Below, piece after piece: positions 36,916 through 45,553 of a stretch of 64,000 nucleotides of DNA. The stretch is from a virus (taxonomy: Duplodnaviria; Caudoviricetes). The notes beneath the pieces are model-generated. The model worked only from the letters and a program-made list of their open reading frames with translations, had not been told where the DNA came from and did not search any database. How positions within the stretch are numbered: position 1 is the stretch's first letter; each line of letters begins with the position of its first letter. The translations under genes and the position numbers were made by a program. The DNA is taken from IMG/VR virus record IMGVR_UViG_3300033121_001033, positions 8,462 to 72,461 of that record, one strand, 5' to 3'.

Positions 36916-38210
36916 TCAAAATCCTTTAAATCATAAACATTGCATTCCGTTGGAATACAACTTCTATAAGATGTTGATAAAAACCAATGCCATCTTTCTG
37001 GATATTGAGGTTTAACATAATCACCATAACCATCGGTTATTAAATAACAACATTCTGGATATGGTATATCTTGTTTTTTGATTTCATCTTGAATATATCT
37101 TTCAATACAACTAAAAGATGTTCCCCCACCATAATATACGTTATTCTCTTTAAATGTTGTTGGTATAACACGAGTATCAAAATAAAATAGCTTAATATCA
37201 AATCTTCTAGGATCCAATGTTCTGGATGCTTTAAAGAATCTTTGTGCTAAGTGAGCACATGAGCCAGAACAATCTTGAAAGAACCAAACAGTAATTCTAT
37301 TTTTTTCTACATGATCTGATTCTTCTTCGGAAGGAAGCAATAGATTGCTCGAGAGCATTGTGTAACGTCGATTCTTTTTAACCCATTGGTCTACCAATAC
37401 ATCATCTGATAAATATTTTTTACTCCATTTTTTTATAACTGTTTCCCATTTCTTTTTATACTTAACCTTGACTTTCATTTGGACCCAACTACCAAAACTT
37501 CCAGTTCCGGGCTTTAAATCATGTGTTGTTTTATTTAAAAAATCTTGTTTATCTTCATTTGTTAAAAAGTCATTTAAATCTTGTAAGGGCTTATCAAAAT
37601 CTTTTGGATCCCCGAGCTTATCATTTTTATCAGAACTATTTTCACCAGAGCTATCATCCTCACCAGAACTTCCTTTAGAAATCGAATCTATTTTTTCTGA
37701 CTCTATTCCTATTCCAGAATGCGAATCCAACGGCTCTTGTATTTTTTGCGGGGGATTATTATTTAATAGGTTGTAATAATATTCAAATGATTCATTGTCG
37801 GGAACGTTTCTATTTGGAAAAATAGTATCAACCCAGCAAATTTTGTCATTATCTTTTAGTGCTTGCCTGTTAAATCCAAACCCATTGACCAGTAGGTGAT
37901 TAACACATATATCCATAGCGATGTTTGCTAATTGTTGATTCTCACAATTAATACCTCGCTGTCCGTGTCTTAGGACAATATGTAGACATTCGTGCGAGAT
38001 TACAAATAATCGTTCGTAATGAGATAATGAATCCCAAAACTTCGGATTAAATTTAAATTCTAAATATTCGCCTTCTTTATTGAAGTAAACAGCTGCTGTA
38101 GGAATAGATTCTGTGAATACTGGTTTTCCCATTCCCCATAGTTTATAAAATATAACATGATACTGTTCTAGATCATATGATATTTTAAGCCAGTCATCAT
38201 TTTCAATCAT
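36912..38210 (-). CDS. Metallopeptidase (HExxH) plus vWA domain protein (DUF2201-like)
   Basis: SHECLH; MIDAS motifs QDCSGS, GGGTSF, ITDG. Confidence 0.85.
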   Translation of the reverse strand: MIENDDWLKISYDLEQYHVIFYKLWGMGKPVFTESIPTAAVYFNKEGEYLEFKFNPKFWDSLSHYERLFVISHECLHIVLRHGQRGINCENQQLANIAMDICVNHLLVNGFGFNRQALKDNDKICWVDTIFPNRNVPDNESFEYYYNLLNNNPPQKIQEPLDSHSGIGIESEKIDSISKGSSGEDDSSGENSSDKNDKLGDPKDFDKPLQDLNDFLTNEDKQDFLNKTTHDLKPGTGSFGSWVQMKVKVKYKKKWETVIKKWSKKYLSDDVLVDQWVKKNRRYTMLSSNLLLPSEEESDHVEKNRITVWFFQDCSGSCAHLAQRFFKASRTLDPRRFDIKLFYFDTRVIPTTFKENNVYYGGGTSFSCIERYIQDEIKKQDIPYPECCYLITDGYGDYVKPQYPERWHWFLSTSYRSCIPTECNVYDLKDFE

Positions 38211-39628
38211 GTTGTTATCTTTGGATATACTGGTTGTTGATCTAATGCAGACATTATCGAATTAAATCCGAGACCAGGAGCGGGGTTTGATACTAGTGCT
38301 TTATCCCATAATTTAACTAAGTCAATGAAGCCATATGATTGTAAACATTGTTTTGTCTCAACATATGGATTAATAATGGCGCACACTTTTTTAAGATTTT
38401 CTATAACTAATCTAGCATGATATACTGAAAGTGTTCTCTTGCCAGCACATGCATTATTTATTGCGTGTAAATAATTATGAGCCATAGAAATATCTATTTC
38501 TTTCATTGGTATCTCTAGTATTTCTGAGAACGCCTGGTTTTTCTCGTTCGCTGATTTGAGGTATGATCCTTTAATTCTTAATACTGCTGTTTGCCAATCA
38601 GTTGGAGATGAAACCTTTGGTTTCTTTTTATTTAAAACTGTATGAATCTTCTTACAAAGTCCTCTATTAGCATTAGTCTTTAACACACTATTAATAGTAT
38701 TTGAGAACTTTGGTTCGATACTCATATCATCTGTAATTACATCTAGAACACGATTATCATCTAATAGTGTTGTAAGCTTTTCATTAGTTAATAATGGTAA
38801 AAAGAATCTTAAACGATTTTTATCGTCTAAAATATATTTCATGGCATAATTATAATCATTTTCATTAATTAATAATTTATAGGCCGCTTCTTTATCACGC
38901 CGATTAAAAATATCTTCAACTTGTTTATCATAAGGACCAACCTTAATTAGAGCAATTAAAGCTGAAACATTGGCTGAACTCGGGATAACGTCACGAACAT
39001 CACCACCTTTAGTAAGAATATCCAAAGCGTATTCTGCTCTGCGGGGAGAAACTTTAAGTTTTTCAGCTTGAGGTAAAGCTTTCCACCATTCTGCCAAACC
39101 AGCAACAAGTTGTTTGTCATATTTGGATTTGAAATACGATACATCTAATACGTAAGGGAAATCTACATGCACTTGAAATCTATCTCGACTAGCCTCATCG
39201 AGAGCCTCAACATTATAATCGTGTTCTTTGCTATCAGAGGGATTAATAGCGGCCCAGATCATTCTGAGATTATTGAACTTTCTCCCGTTAATTGTTTTGA
39301 ATTGAATTAATTCCATTAGAGCATTAAGTGTCTTTGGTTTTGCTCTATTCAATTCGTCAATAAAGATAGCTTCGATCTTATCTTCAGCTAAATCTCGTGG
39401 CATGATAAAATCAAGATAAGTTTTACCTTCTGCATCAGTTTTAGCAGTTGGAACACCAACTAAATCAGTAAATGGGTCCAATGTTGGTGCGCTAAAATAC
39501 TTATAATTTATATTATTACGTTTAAATGTTTCTAAAACTGTAGCCGTTTTACCACAACCAGCTAATCCAGTAAATAGTACATTATAATTATGTTTAACCC
39601 AGAAATCTAATTTCTCTTGTTTTATCAT
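38207..39628 (-). CDS. MoxR-like AAA+ ATPase
   Basis: GLAGCGKT, IDELNRA, AAINP, DRF. Confidence 0.85.
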   Translation of the reverse strand: MIKQEKLDFWVKHNYNVLFTGLAGCGKTATVLETFKRNNINYKYFSAPTLDPFTDLVGVPTAKTDAEGKTYLDFIMPRDLAEDKIEAIFIDELNRAKPKTLNALMELIQFKTINGRKFNNLRMIWAAINPSDSKEHDYNVEALDEASRDRFQVHVDFPYVLDVSYFKSKYDKQLVAGLAEWWKALPQAEKLKVSPRRAEYALDILTKGGDVRDVIPSSANVSALIALIKVGPYDKQVEDIFNRRDKEAAYKLLINENDYNYAMKYILDDKNRLRFFLPLLTNEKLTTLLDDNRVLDVITDDMSIEPKFSNTINSVLKTNANRGLCKKIHTVLNKKKPKVSSPTDWQTAVLRIKGSYLKSANEKNQAFSEILEIPMKEIDISMAHNYLHAINNACAGKRTLSVYHARLVIENLKKVCAIINPYVETKQCLQSYGFIDLVKLWDKALVSNPAPGLGFNSIMSALDQQPVYPKITT

Positions 39629-40419
39629 GCATTCCTTTCAATTCGTGATTTTAAATTTGAATATAGTGTGTTTGGATCGTTTCTAGATAGTCCGGATTGT
39701 TGTCCATCATTTAACTCTATAACAATCCATTCTCCATCTTTTGTCTCTGCGATGTCAATTACATAAAAATTAACATAGTGTTGGACAATATCTGCGACTT
39801 TTTGGGCAAGTTGTAATCCCTTAGCATCAAGAGGAGGATCGAACTCAGAATTATCCCAATAATACCCATGCGATAAAAGTGTATTCTTATAGAAAAATAA
39901 ACGGTGCTCATTTGCAATAGGCATTCTATTAATTGGATCTTCGGCAAATGTTCTCAATTCTATAAATTCTCTATAAATAATACTCTGTTGCCCCACATAA
40001 CAATCTTTCGCAATATTAGAAGCAACTCTTGATGCCTCTATTCGATTTGCAGCATACATATTTTTATAAAAGCTATTTTTAAGTGAGTTTGTTGCACCTT
40101 TAACTACAAAAGGTCCTTTATGATTACAACTTGGGAATTCGTATTCACGCCAAGATCTGGGAGTAAATTGTTTGATTTCATCGTAGTAATCAAAATTAGC
40201 TATCCAATTATGTTGTGTGTTAGAATTTATTAGTTTTGATCCTAAGTTTAATAAATCTAATTCTAATTCTCTATTATCCGGCAATGCTGCGTATCTACAT
40301 ATAACAGTTGAACCTTCTGGAATTTCAGTCCGTAATTTATAGGTATTAAAATATTTACTCGCTACCTCAATCTCTTCTTTATTAAAACTATTTCTTTTAT
40401 ATAGAATATTATATGTCAT
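39625..40419 (-). CDS. ATP-grasp protein (R2K/DUF4343-like)
   Basis: FVVKG, EHRLFF, FYVIDIA...WIVIELNDGQQSG. Confidence 0.8.
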   Translation of the reverse strand: MTYNILYKRNSFNKEEIEVASKYFNTYKLRTEIPEGSTVICRYAALPDNRELELDLLNLGSKLINSNTQHNWIANFDYYDEIKQFTPRSWREYEFPSCNHKGPFVVKGATNSLKNSFYKNMYAANRIEASRVASNIAKDCYVGQQSIIYREFIELRTFAEDPINRMPIANEHRLFFYKNTLLSHGYYWDNSEFDPPLDAKGLQLAQKVADIVQHYVNFYVIDIAETKDGEWIVIELNDGQQSGLSRNDPNTLYSNLKSRIERNA

Positions 40420-40556
40420 TTTTGCCTCTTAAACTCTGGTTGTTTTGCATGATAAAAATTATACGGAACAGTATCACCGGATGGAATTTGTATTAGTGGT
40501 TTTCTATTAAACACAGAAATCGGAGTATTATTTTTAACTTTTGTTTGTTTTGGCAT
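40416..40556 (-). CDS. Small basic peptide, 46 aa (not in track)
   Basis: MPKQTKVKNN...; AGGAG SD; ATGA overlap with the ATP-grasp gene. Confidence 0.5.
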   Translation of the reverse strand: MPKQTKVKNNTPISVFNRKPLIQIPSGDTVPYNFYHAKQPEFKRQK

Positions 40557-40698
40557 AATTATCTCCTACTTAGAGTTTAACCTGGCAGGAAACAATATCA
40601 AGTCATGACAAACTGACATACTTAGCATCAAACGGCTTTATAGATGTAACACTTTAAACACTAAGGGGTTACAAACAATTTTAGAAAATATTTTCAAT

Positions 40699-40714
40699 TG
40701 GCATACTTTTTGCT
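40699..40714 (+). promoter_or_regulatory. Sigma54 (RpoN) -24/-12 promoter upstream of hsp20
   Basis: TGGCATACTTTTTGCT matches TGGCAC-N5-TTGCW with exact GG-N10-GC spacing. Confidence 0.7.
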
Positions 40715-40759
40715 ATATAGGGGGTATCAAGACAATGATGTCTTGAAAAGGAGATTAAA

Positions 40760-41107
40760 ATGTTTGCTATAAATAGAATACACGACAATTTTTTTAATGA
40801 TGTTTTCGATGTCAGTCCTAAAGTAAAAAATAACTATTGGTTTGATGAAACAAAAGATTCTTACGTATTAACAGTAGAACTACCAGGTTATAAAAAAGAG
40901 AATCTTGATGTAACGGTTGATAATGGAAAATTAACAATTTGTGCTAAACGGGAGTCAACAAAAGTAAAAGCTAGTTACAAACAATGTTATAGTTTACCAA
41001 AAGATGCGGATCTATTGAAAGTAACAGCTGATTTAAAAGATGGATTATTAACTGTAACAATAGATAAAAATGAGGAGCAAAAGCCAAGACAAATAGAAGT
41101 AAAATAA
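40760..41107 (+). CDS. Small heat-shock protein (Hsp20/alpha-crystallin)
   Basis: ELPGYKKENLDV, LTI, LP, ADLKDGLLTVTI. Confidence 0.92.
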   Translation: MFAINRIHDNFFNDVFDVSPKVKNNYWFDETKDSYVLTVELPGYKKENLDVTVDNGKLTICAKRESTKVKASYKQCYSLPKDADLLKVTADLKDGLLTVTIDKNEEQKPRQIEVK

Positions 41108-41112
41108 TGAAG

Positions 41113-41141
41113 AAGGCCAGTGTGATAACTGGCCTTTTTTT
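41113..41141 (+). terminator. Intrinsic terminator after hsp20
   Basis: AAGGCCAGT-GTGATA-ACTGGCCTT followed by a T-tract. Confidence 0.85.
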
Positions 41142-41143
41142 GT

Positions 41144-41461
41144 TTATCTATATTTTTTGTTATAGTTTTGTTCTCTATTTTTAATCCTTTCAAGTTCTTT
41201 CTCACCTTCAATTTTATTTATTTTACCATATCGTCCTAATGCTTTATTTTTCGCCATTCTCTTTGTTTCATAGAAATTTTCATCTTTATGTTGTTGACAT
41301 AGATAACAATTCTTTTCAGAGCACCTTGCGAGATGATCGTTACCCACTTTAGCAACTAAATCTTCTAATTTATAGCCGAGTTCTTCGCCGTGGCATTCGA
41401 AGCAAAAAGAATGAACCTGCTTTGGATTAACACCACAGCAGGAACACATGTATTTATTCAT
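41144..41461 (-). CDS. Zn-finger hypothetical protein
   Basis: CSCC..CFEC..H..C...CYLC. Confidence 0.55.
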   Translation of the reverse strand: MNKYMCSCCGVNPKQVHSFCFECHGEELGYKLEDLVAKVGNDHLARCSEKNCYLCQQHKDENFYETKRMAKNKALGRYGKINKIEGEKELERIKNREQNYNKKYR

Positions 41462-41504
41462 ATTTATTGTCCTTGTTTAGAGTGACAATCTTATTATATC
41501 TTAA

Positions 41505-41762
41505 TTAATTTAACTTTTCTTGTAAATAATTAACTGTTTCTTGGAGATCAATTAATTTTTTAAATAAAAATTCTTCTCTACATTTATCACAAACCATTAA
41601 AGGTATATGGTTGTATTTATTATATTCTATTACTATTGGTATTTTTCTATATTCTACTAAATCTAATTCACAGCTTTTAATACAGCGATCATTAGATTTT
41701 ATATAATCAGTATCAGCGCATAATATTCTGTTTTCATTACTATCTACATACATTGAATGCAT
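41505..41762 (-). CDS. Hypothetical protein
   Basis: ORF. Confidence 0.5.
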   Translation of the reverse strand: MHSMYVDSNENRILCADTDYIKSNDRCIKSCELDLVEYRKIPIVIEYNKYNHIPLMVCDKCREEFLFKKLIDLQETVNYLQEKLN

Positions 41763-41763
41763 A

Positions 41764-42060
41764 TTAAAATGTTACTCCTAAAGTATTTTTTGCGTATGTG
41801 AATCCTTTATTCTTAAAAGTAAAAGTTAATTTTCTAATTCTTTTTGATGAGACTTTGATATTTTTAGTCTCACGCCAATTAGCTATCACCATTCTATAGC
41901 GCCTAACATTATTTCTTAAACGATCTCGTAATGCAATTATATTAGGAACATCCGGAATGGTTATATTTTGTTGTATTGCTTTTGATAACAATTTACATGT
42001 TTTAACAGCATCACATTTTTTTAGATATGCCTCATGGAATCTTTTATCGACTGAAAACAC
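41764..42060 (-). CDS. Hypothetical basic protein
   Basis: ORF. Confidence 0.5.
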   Translation of the reverse strand: MFSVDKRFHEAYLKKCDAVKTCKLLSKAIQQNITIPDVPNIIALRDRLRNNVRRYRMVIANWRETKNIKVSSKRIRKLTFTFKNKGFTYAKNTLGVTF

Positions 42061-42358
42061 TATTTATAGTCTCTTTTAATTTTAATTCAGATGGAACACC
42101 AGAAAATTTGTGGAGTATCTTATTATCTCGCTGGAAAACTAGAGTTGGTACTGATTCTATCTCATAGAGTTCGGCAATTTCCGGACTAGCATCTATGTCG
42201 ATAGATAAGAATGTTTTACTCTCAGTAAAATTTGCTACTTTATCATATATTGGTGTTAGTTTGACACAAGGATTACACCAACTAGCCCCAAATTTTATTA
42301 CTACATCTCCAACTAATTCTTGTTTGAGTTCTTTGACTGTTACTGGTTTTTTAATCAT
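42044..42358 (-). CDS. trx: Thioredoxin
   Basis: FGASWCNPC, IESVPT. Confidence 0.92.
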   Translation of the reverse strand: MIKKPVTVKELKQELVGDVVIKFGASWCNPCVKLTPIYDKVANFTESKTFLSIDIDASPEIAELYEIESVPTLVFQRDNKILHKFSGVPSELKLKETINSVFSR

Positions 42359-42732
42359 TATAATCCTTTCCCTAGTTTACAATCCTTACACTGAGTAGAT
42401 CTTCCAGATTTTAAAGCATATCCTGGAATAACACTTTCAACACCACACTTACATCTGCATAAATATGAACGTTTTTTAGCATCAACAAGTTCTTGTTCTC
42501 TTATAATCTCCCATCTACCAAATAATGTTCCTGGTTTGAATAATTCGGCAGAAACTCCTAATCTAGAGGCACCTGCGCACGCGCGACACTGAGTTGATCT
42601 TCCATATCTAAGATTGTTTAATTCAACTTCAGATATTTTTCCGCATTCACATACTACATTATAATAGTGTTTATTTCCTTCTATTTTACCTTCTGATAAA
42701 ACTTTCCATTTACCATATTTACTACCGATCAT
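42358..42732 (-). CDS. Stand-alone protein made of two Cys4 modules of the type found in phage HNH/AP2 homing nucleases
   Basis: G.K(Y/F)G.W.(V/I)...C.CG....L..GRSTQC..C twice; no nuclease motif. Confidence 0.7.
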   Translation of the reverse strand: MIGSKYGKWKVLSEGKIEGNKHYYNVVCECGKISEVELNNLRYGRSTQCRACAGASRLGVSAELFKPGTLFGRWEIIREQELVDAKKRSYLCRCKCGVESVIPGYALKSGRSTQCKDCKLGKGL

Positions 42733-42791
42733 ATTTAATTAACTCCTTGATGCTAGTATATACGCAGCATTGAGAATAGCTAGGAGAAAAT

Positions 42792-43112
42792 ATGCTTATA
42801 CCACATGAATATTTACAAACTGTGTTTTTAAGGACGTTCAATAGATTAAATCTTAAATTTCCTGATCTTAAAATTAGATATGGAGAGACGCATAATTGCC
42901 CCTCTATAGATATTAGTTACAAGGAGTTATATATTAATATCTATTTTAAACAGGATAAAAGCGAATTTTTAATTGATAGCACAATTTATAACGGTATAAT
43001 AAGAACAATAAACCCCTTTAAATATGTTAAGTTATTATTAGCTGATCCAGAAGTCGACAAATCAATAGTTAAAGCGTGTGAAAGTATTATAAATGAATAT
43101 AGCGGGAATTGA
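42792..43112 (+). CDS. DP-motif family small protein
   Basis: LLADPEVDKSIV. Confidence 0.6.
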   Translation: MLIPHEYLQTVFLRTFNRLNLKFPDLKIRYGETHNCPSIDISYKELYINIYFKQDKSEFLIDSTIYNGIIRTINPFKYVKLLLADPEVDKSIVKACESIINEYSGN

Positions 43113-43683
43113 TGAGGCTGGTCGTGGTTGTATTATCGGACCAATGGTAATGTGTTGTGTTAATATAGATGAAAAAGAGCAAGATGCATGGAAATTACTT
43201 GGTATTAAAGATAGCAAACAACTTACAGTTCCAAAAAGAGAAAAACTTTATGAAAAACTTATAAATAATGTTAATTATGAATTACAAATATATACTGCTA
43301 ACGAAGTAGATGAAGCAGTATTAAGTAGTACAACCAATTTAAATTGGCTGGAAGCAGATGGAACAATTAGATTACTTAAAGGTATAGATGCCAAATGTTA
43401 TATTGATTGCCCCTCGACAAATACTAATAGCTATAAACAGTATCTTAAAAAAGAACTTACACAGGATTTAATTGTAGAACACAAAGCTGATGTTAATTAT
43501 ACTGTTGTTGGAATGGCAAGCGTTATTGCTAAAGTTACAAGAGACAATATTATTCACAAAATTAAAAAAGAAGTAGGATTCGATTTCGGATCTGGATATT
43601 TAAATGGAACGGCGATTTATGAATTTCTTAAAAATTATAAAAGCAAACATATTAGAAAAAGTTGGAATTATAAAATGAAATGA
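43093..43683 (+). CDS. rnhB: Ribonuclease HII
   Basis: GIDEAGRG, DSK, IDCP, HKAD, ASVIAKVTRD, GSGY. Confidence 0.93.
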   Translation: MNIAGIDEAGRGCIIGPMVMCCVNIDEKEQDAWKLLGIKDSKQLTVPKREKLYEKLINNVNYELQIYTANEVDEAVLSSTTNLNWLEADGTIRLLKGIDAKCYIDCPSTNTNSYKQYLKKELTQDLIVEHKADVNYTVVGMASVIAKVTRDNIIHKIKKEVGFDFGSGYLNGTAIYEFLKNYKSKHIRKSWNYKMK

Positions 43684-43931
43684 AAGCTCTAGTACTAGAA
43701 ACAATTTTAGATCAATTAGATTTAGATAGAAACCGACTATCAGTGATATTGACATATACTAACTCTGTCTATTACTATGGATATCTATTAATTACCTTAT
43801 TACATGATTATATTTATATAGGCTTAGACTATAAAGGTTACTGTTTATCGGATCCAAACTTAATTAAATTAATTATTCCTAAATTAAAAGCTTTACAACT
43901 TGATATTGAAAGAACTAAGCGATATAATTAG
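43680..43931 (+). CDS. DP-motif family small protein
   Basis: CLSDPNLIKLII. Confidence 0.55.
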   Translation: MKALVLETILDQLDLDRNRLSVILTYTNSVYYYGYLLITLLHDYIYIGLDYKGYCLSDPNLIKLIIPKLKALQLDIERTKRYN

Positions 43932-43946
43932 AAAAAGGAGATTTTT

Positions 43947-44633
43947 ATGTCATATTTTAAAATATTAAAAGAGTCCTTATTGGCTAATAAAGATTTTAAT
44001 TCGATTGTTGAAGATACAGGGACAAATAAATCTCCTTCTTCAAGAGATGTTGCTGATGAAATTCTAAAACGATTAGATTCTGCTGAAACAGAACATGATA
44101 GGATTCTAAAAAAAGCTGAAGTTCATAAAGTTCATAATAAAGAAATAGAACAATTAGAAAAAAATTTAAAACGAATTCGCGATATGAAAAATGAACTTAA
44201 ATTAGCTGCTGTTCATGCAGGACAACAAGGAAAAGTTAAATTTCCAGCTGTAAGACACGGTCTTTTTGATAAAGGCTTTAAATCAAAAGACAAACATGCT
44301 CAATTAAAAGCTGTCCGCGAAACAGGAAAAGGACTACCTGGTTATAAAGAAAATAAACGTAAAAAACTCGGTAATGTTGAAAAGAAAGTTGAAAAAGTTT
44401 TAGCGGAGCCAAAAGGTAAATTAATGGGCGGAAAGCCAGGTATTGATAAAGTTATTCCTGTTACCAGAGTAAAACTACACAATCTTAATGCTCTTGGTAA
44501 AACCGCAGATTCTCACATTAAAAAAGTCGCCAAAGAAAATGCAAAAAATAAAGAATTGTTAGATCCTAAAGAACCCGATTTTCTCAAGAGTCTAGGCGCT
44601 GGTATTCATAGAATGGGCACAAGACCTGTTTGA
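43947..44633 (+). CDS. Lys-rich basic protein, possible internal head protein
   Basis: Own AGGAG SD; N-terminus MSYFKILKES; very basic. Confidence 0.5.
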   Translation: MSYFKILKESLLANKDFNSIVEDTGTNKSPSSRDVADEILKRLDSAETEHDRILKKAEVHKVHNKEIEQLEKNLKRIRDMKNELKLAAVHAGQQGKVKFPAVRHGLFDKGFKSKDKHAQLKAVRETGKGLPGYKENKRKKLGNVEKKVEKVLAEPKGKLMGGKPGIDKVIPVTRVKLHNLNALGKTADSHIKKVAKENAKNKELLDPKEPDFLKSLGAGIHRMGTRPV

Positions 44634-44935
44634 TTTACGAAACAATAGCTAAATATCTTTCAGAACAAATTGGAAGAGAAATAATATTTCATTCAAGATT
44701 TCATCCAGATTTTGTCGAGTTCTGTGTTGTAAGTAATACACTTAAACAAAAGAATGAAATATTATTATTTAGTGTTCTTGTAAACGAACGTAGTCAGTTA
44801 TCTTCATTCCATGATGAAAATTTTAGAATATCCAATCCAAATTTTTTGAAAGTTGCATTAGAACGAACAAAATTAAGAATAGCAGAGATTATAAAAAGAC
44901 AAGATTTTTACGGTGCGTATTACAAACAACTTTGA
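44630..44935 (+). CDS. DP-motif family small protein
   Basis: MIYETIAKYL...RISNPNFLKVAL. Confidence 0.6.
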   Translation: MIYETIAKYLSEQIGREIIFHSRFHPDFVEFCVVSNTLKQKNEILLFSVLVNERSQLSSFHDENFRISNPNFLKVALERTKLRIAEIIKRQDFYGAYYKQL

Positions 44936-44985
44936 TGATAACTAGAAATACACCTACTTAATTAAGACTGGTAGGTGTACTTTGT

Positions 44986-45240
44986 TTGATAGAAAGTGTA
45001 ATTCTTGATTTTTTTAGAAAACTAAAATGTACTGTTAGACGTACTACATTATCGAAACATTATTATCTCGCTTGTAATTCTGTCTATATAATTCATTTAA
45101 GTGGACAACACAGTTGGTTTGTTCTGTTTTATAGCACGTATTTTACCGTGTATACTTATACATTTGAGTATAATGATCCAGAATTTTTAACTAAACTAGA
45201 ACAAGCTATTATTAATTATAGGTTAGTAAATGAAATATAG
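44986..45240 (+). CDS. DP-motif family small protein
   Basis: EYNDPEFLTKLEQAI. Confidence 0.6.
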   Translation: MIESVILDFFRKLKCTVRRTTLSKHYYLACNSVYIIHLSGQHSWFVLFYSTYFTVYTYTFEYNDPEFLTKLEQAIINYRLVNEI

Positions 45241-45553
45241 TGAAATAATTGTCAATGACATAATCAACAATACAATACCTGATGCTATGGTTGGCTATCA
45301 CTATAAGGTTGATAGCTCCTATTATAAAGTAGATGAATTTATAGAAATAAAAATTATCTATGGAGAATCACCAGAAGATCTAAAATTTAATTATTGTATG
45401 TTTATACCAAATACTAGTCCATTCGATTTTTATACGGCATATAATAATGTTACAGTTATTGATTATAATGATCCGGCATCAATACCTAAACTCAGATGTT
45501 TGATTTTAGAATCCATTAAACAATATCTTAAAGAAAAGAAAAGGAAAGTCTAA
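45230..45553 (+). CDS. DP-motif family small protein
   Basis: DYNDPASIPKLRCLI. Confidence 0.55.
   Translation: MKYSEIIVNDIINNTIPDAMVGYHYKVDSSYYKVDEFIEIKIIYGESPEDLKFNYCMFIPNTSPFDFYTAYNNVTVIDYNDPASIPKLRCLILESIKQYLKEKKRKV

Noticed and set aside
40727-40760. RNA thermometer in the hsp20 leader
   Set aside because: The hairpin ends before the AAGGAG SD and does not sequester it
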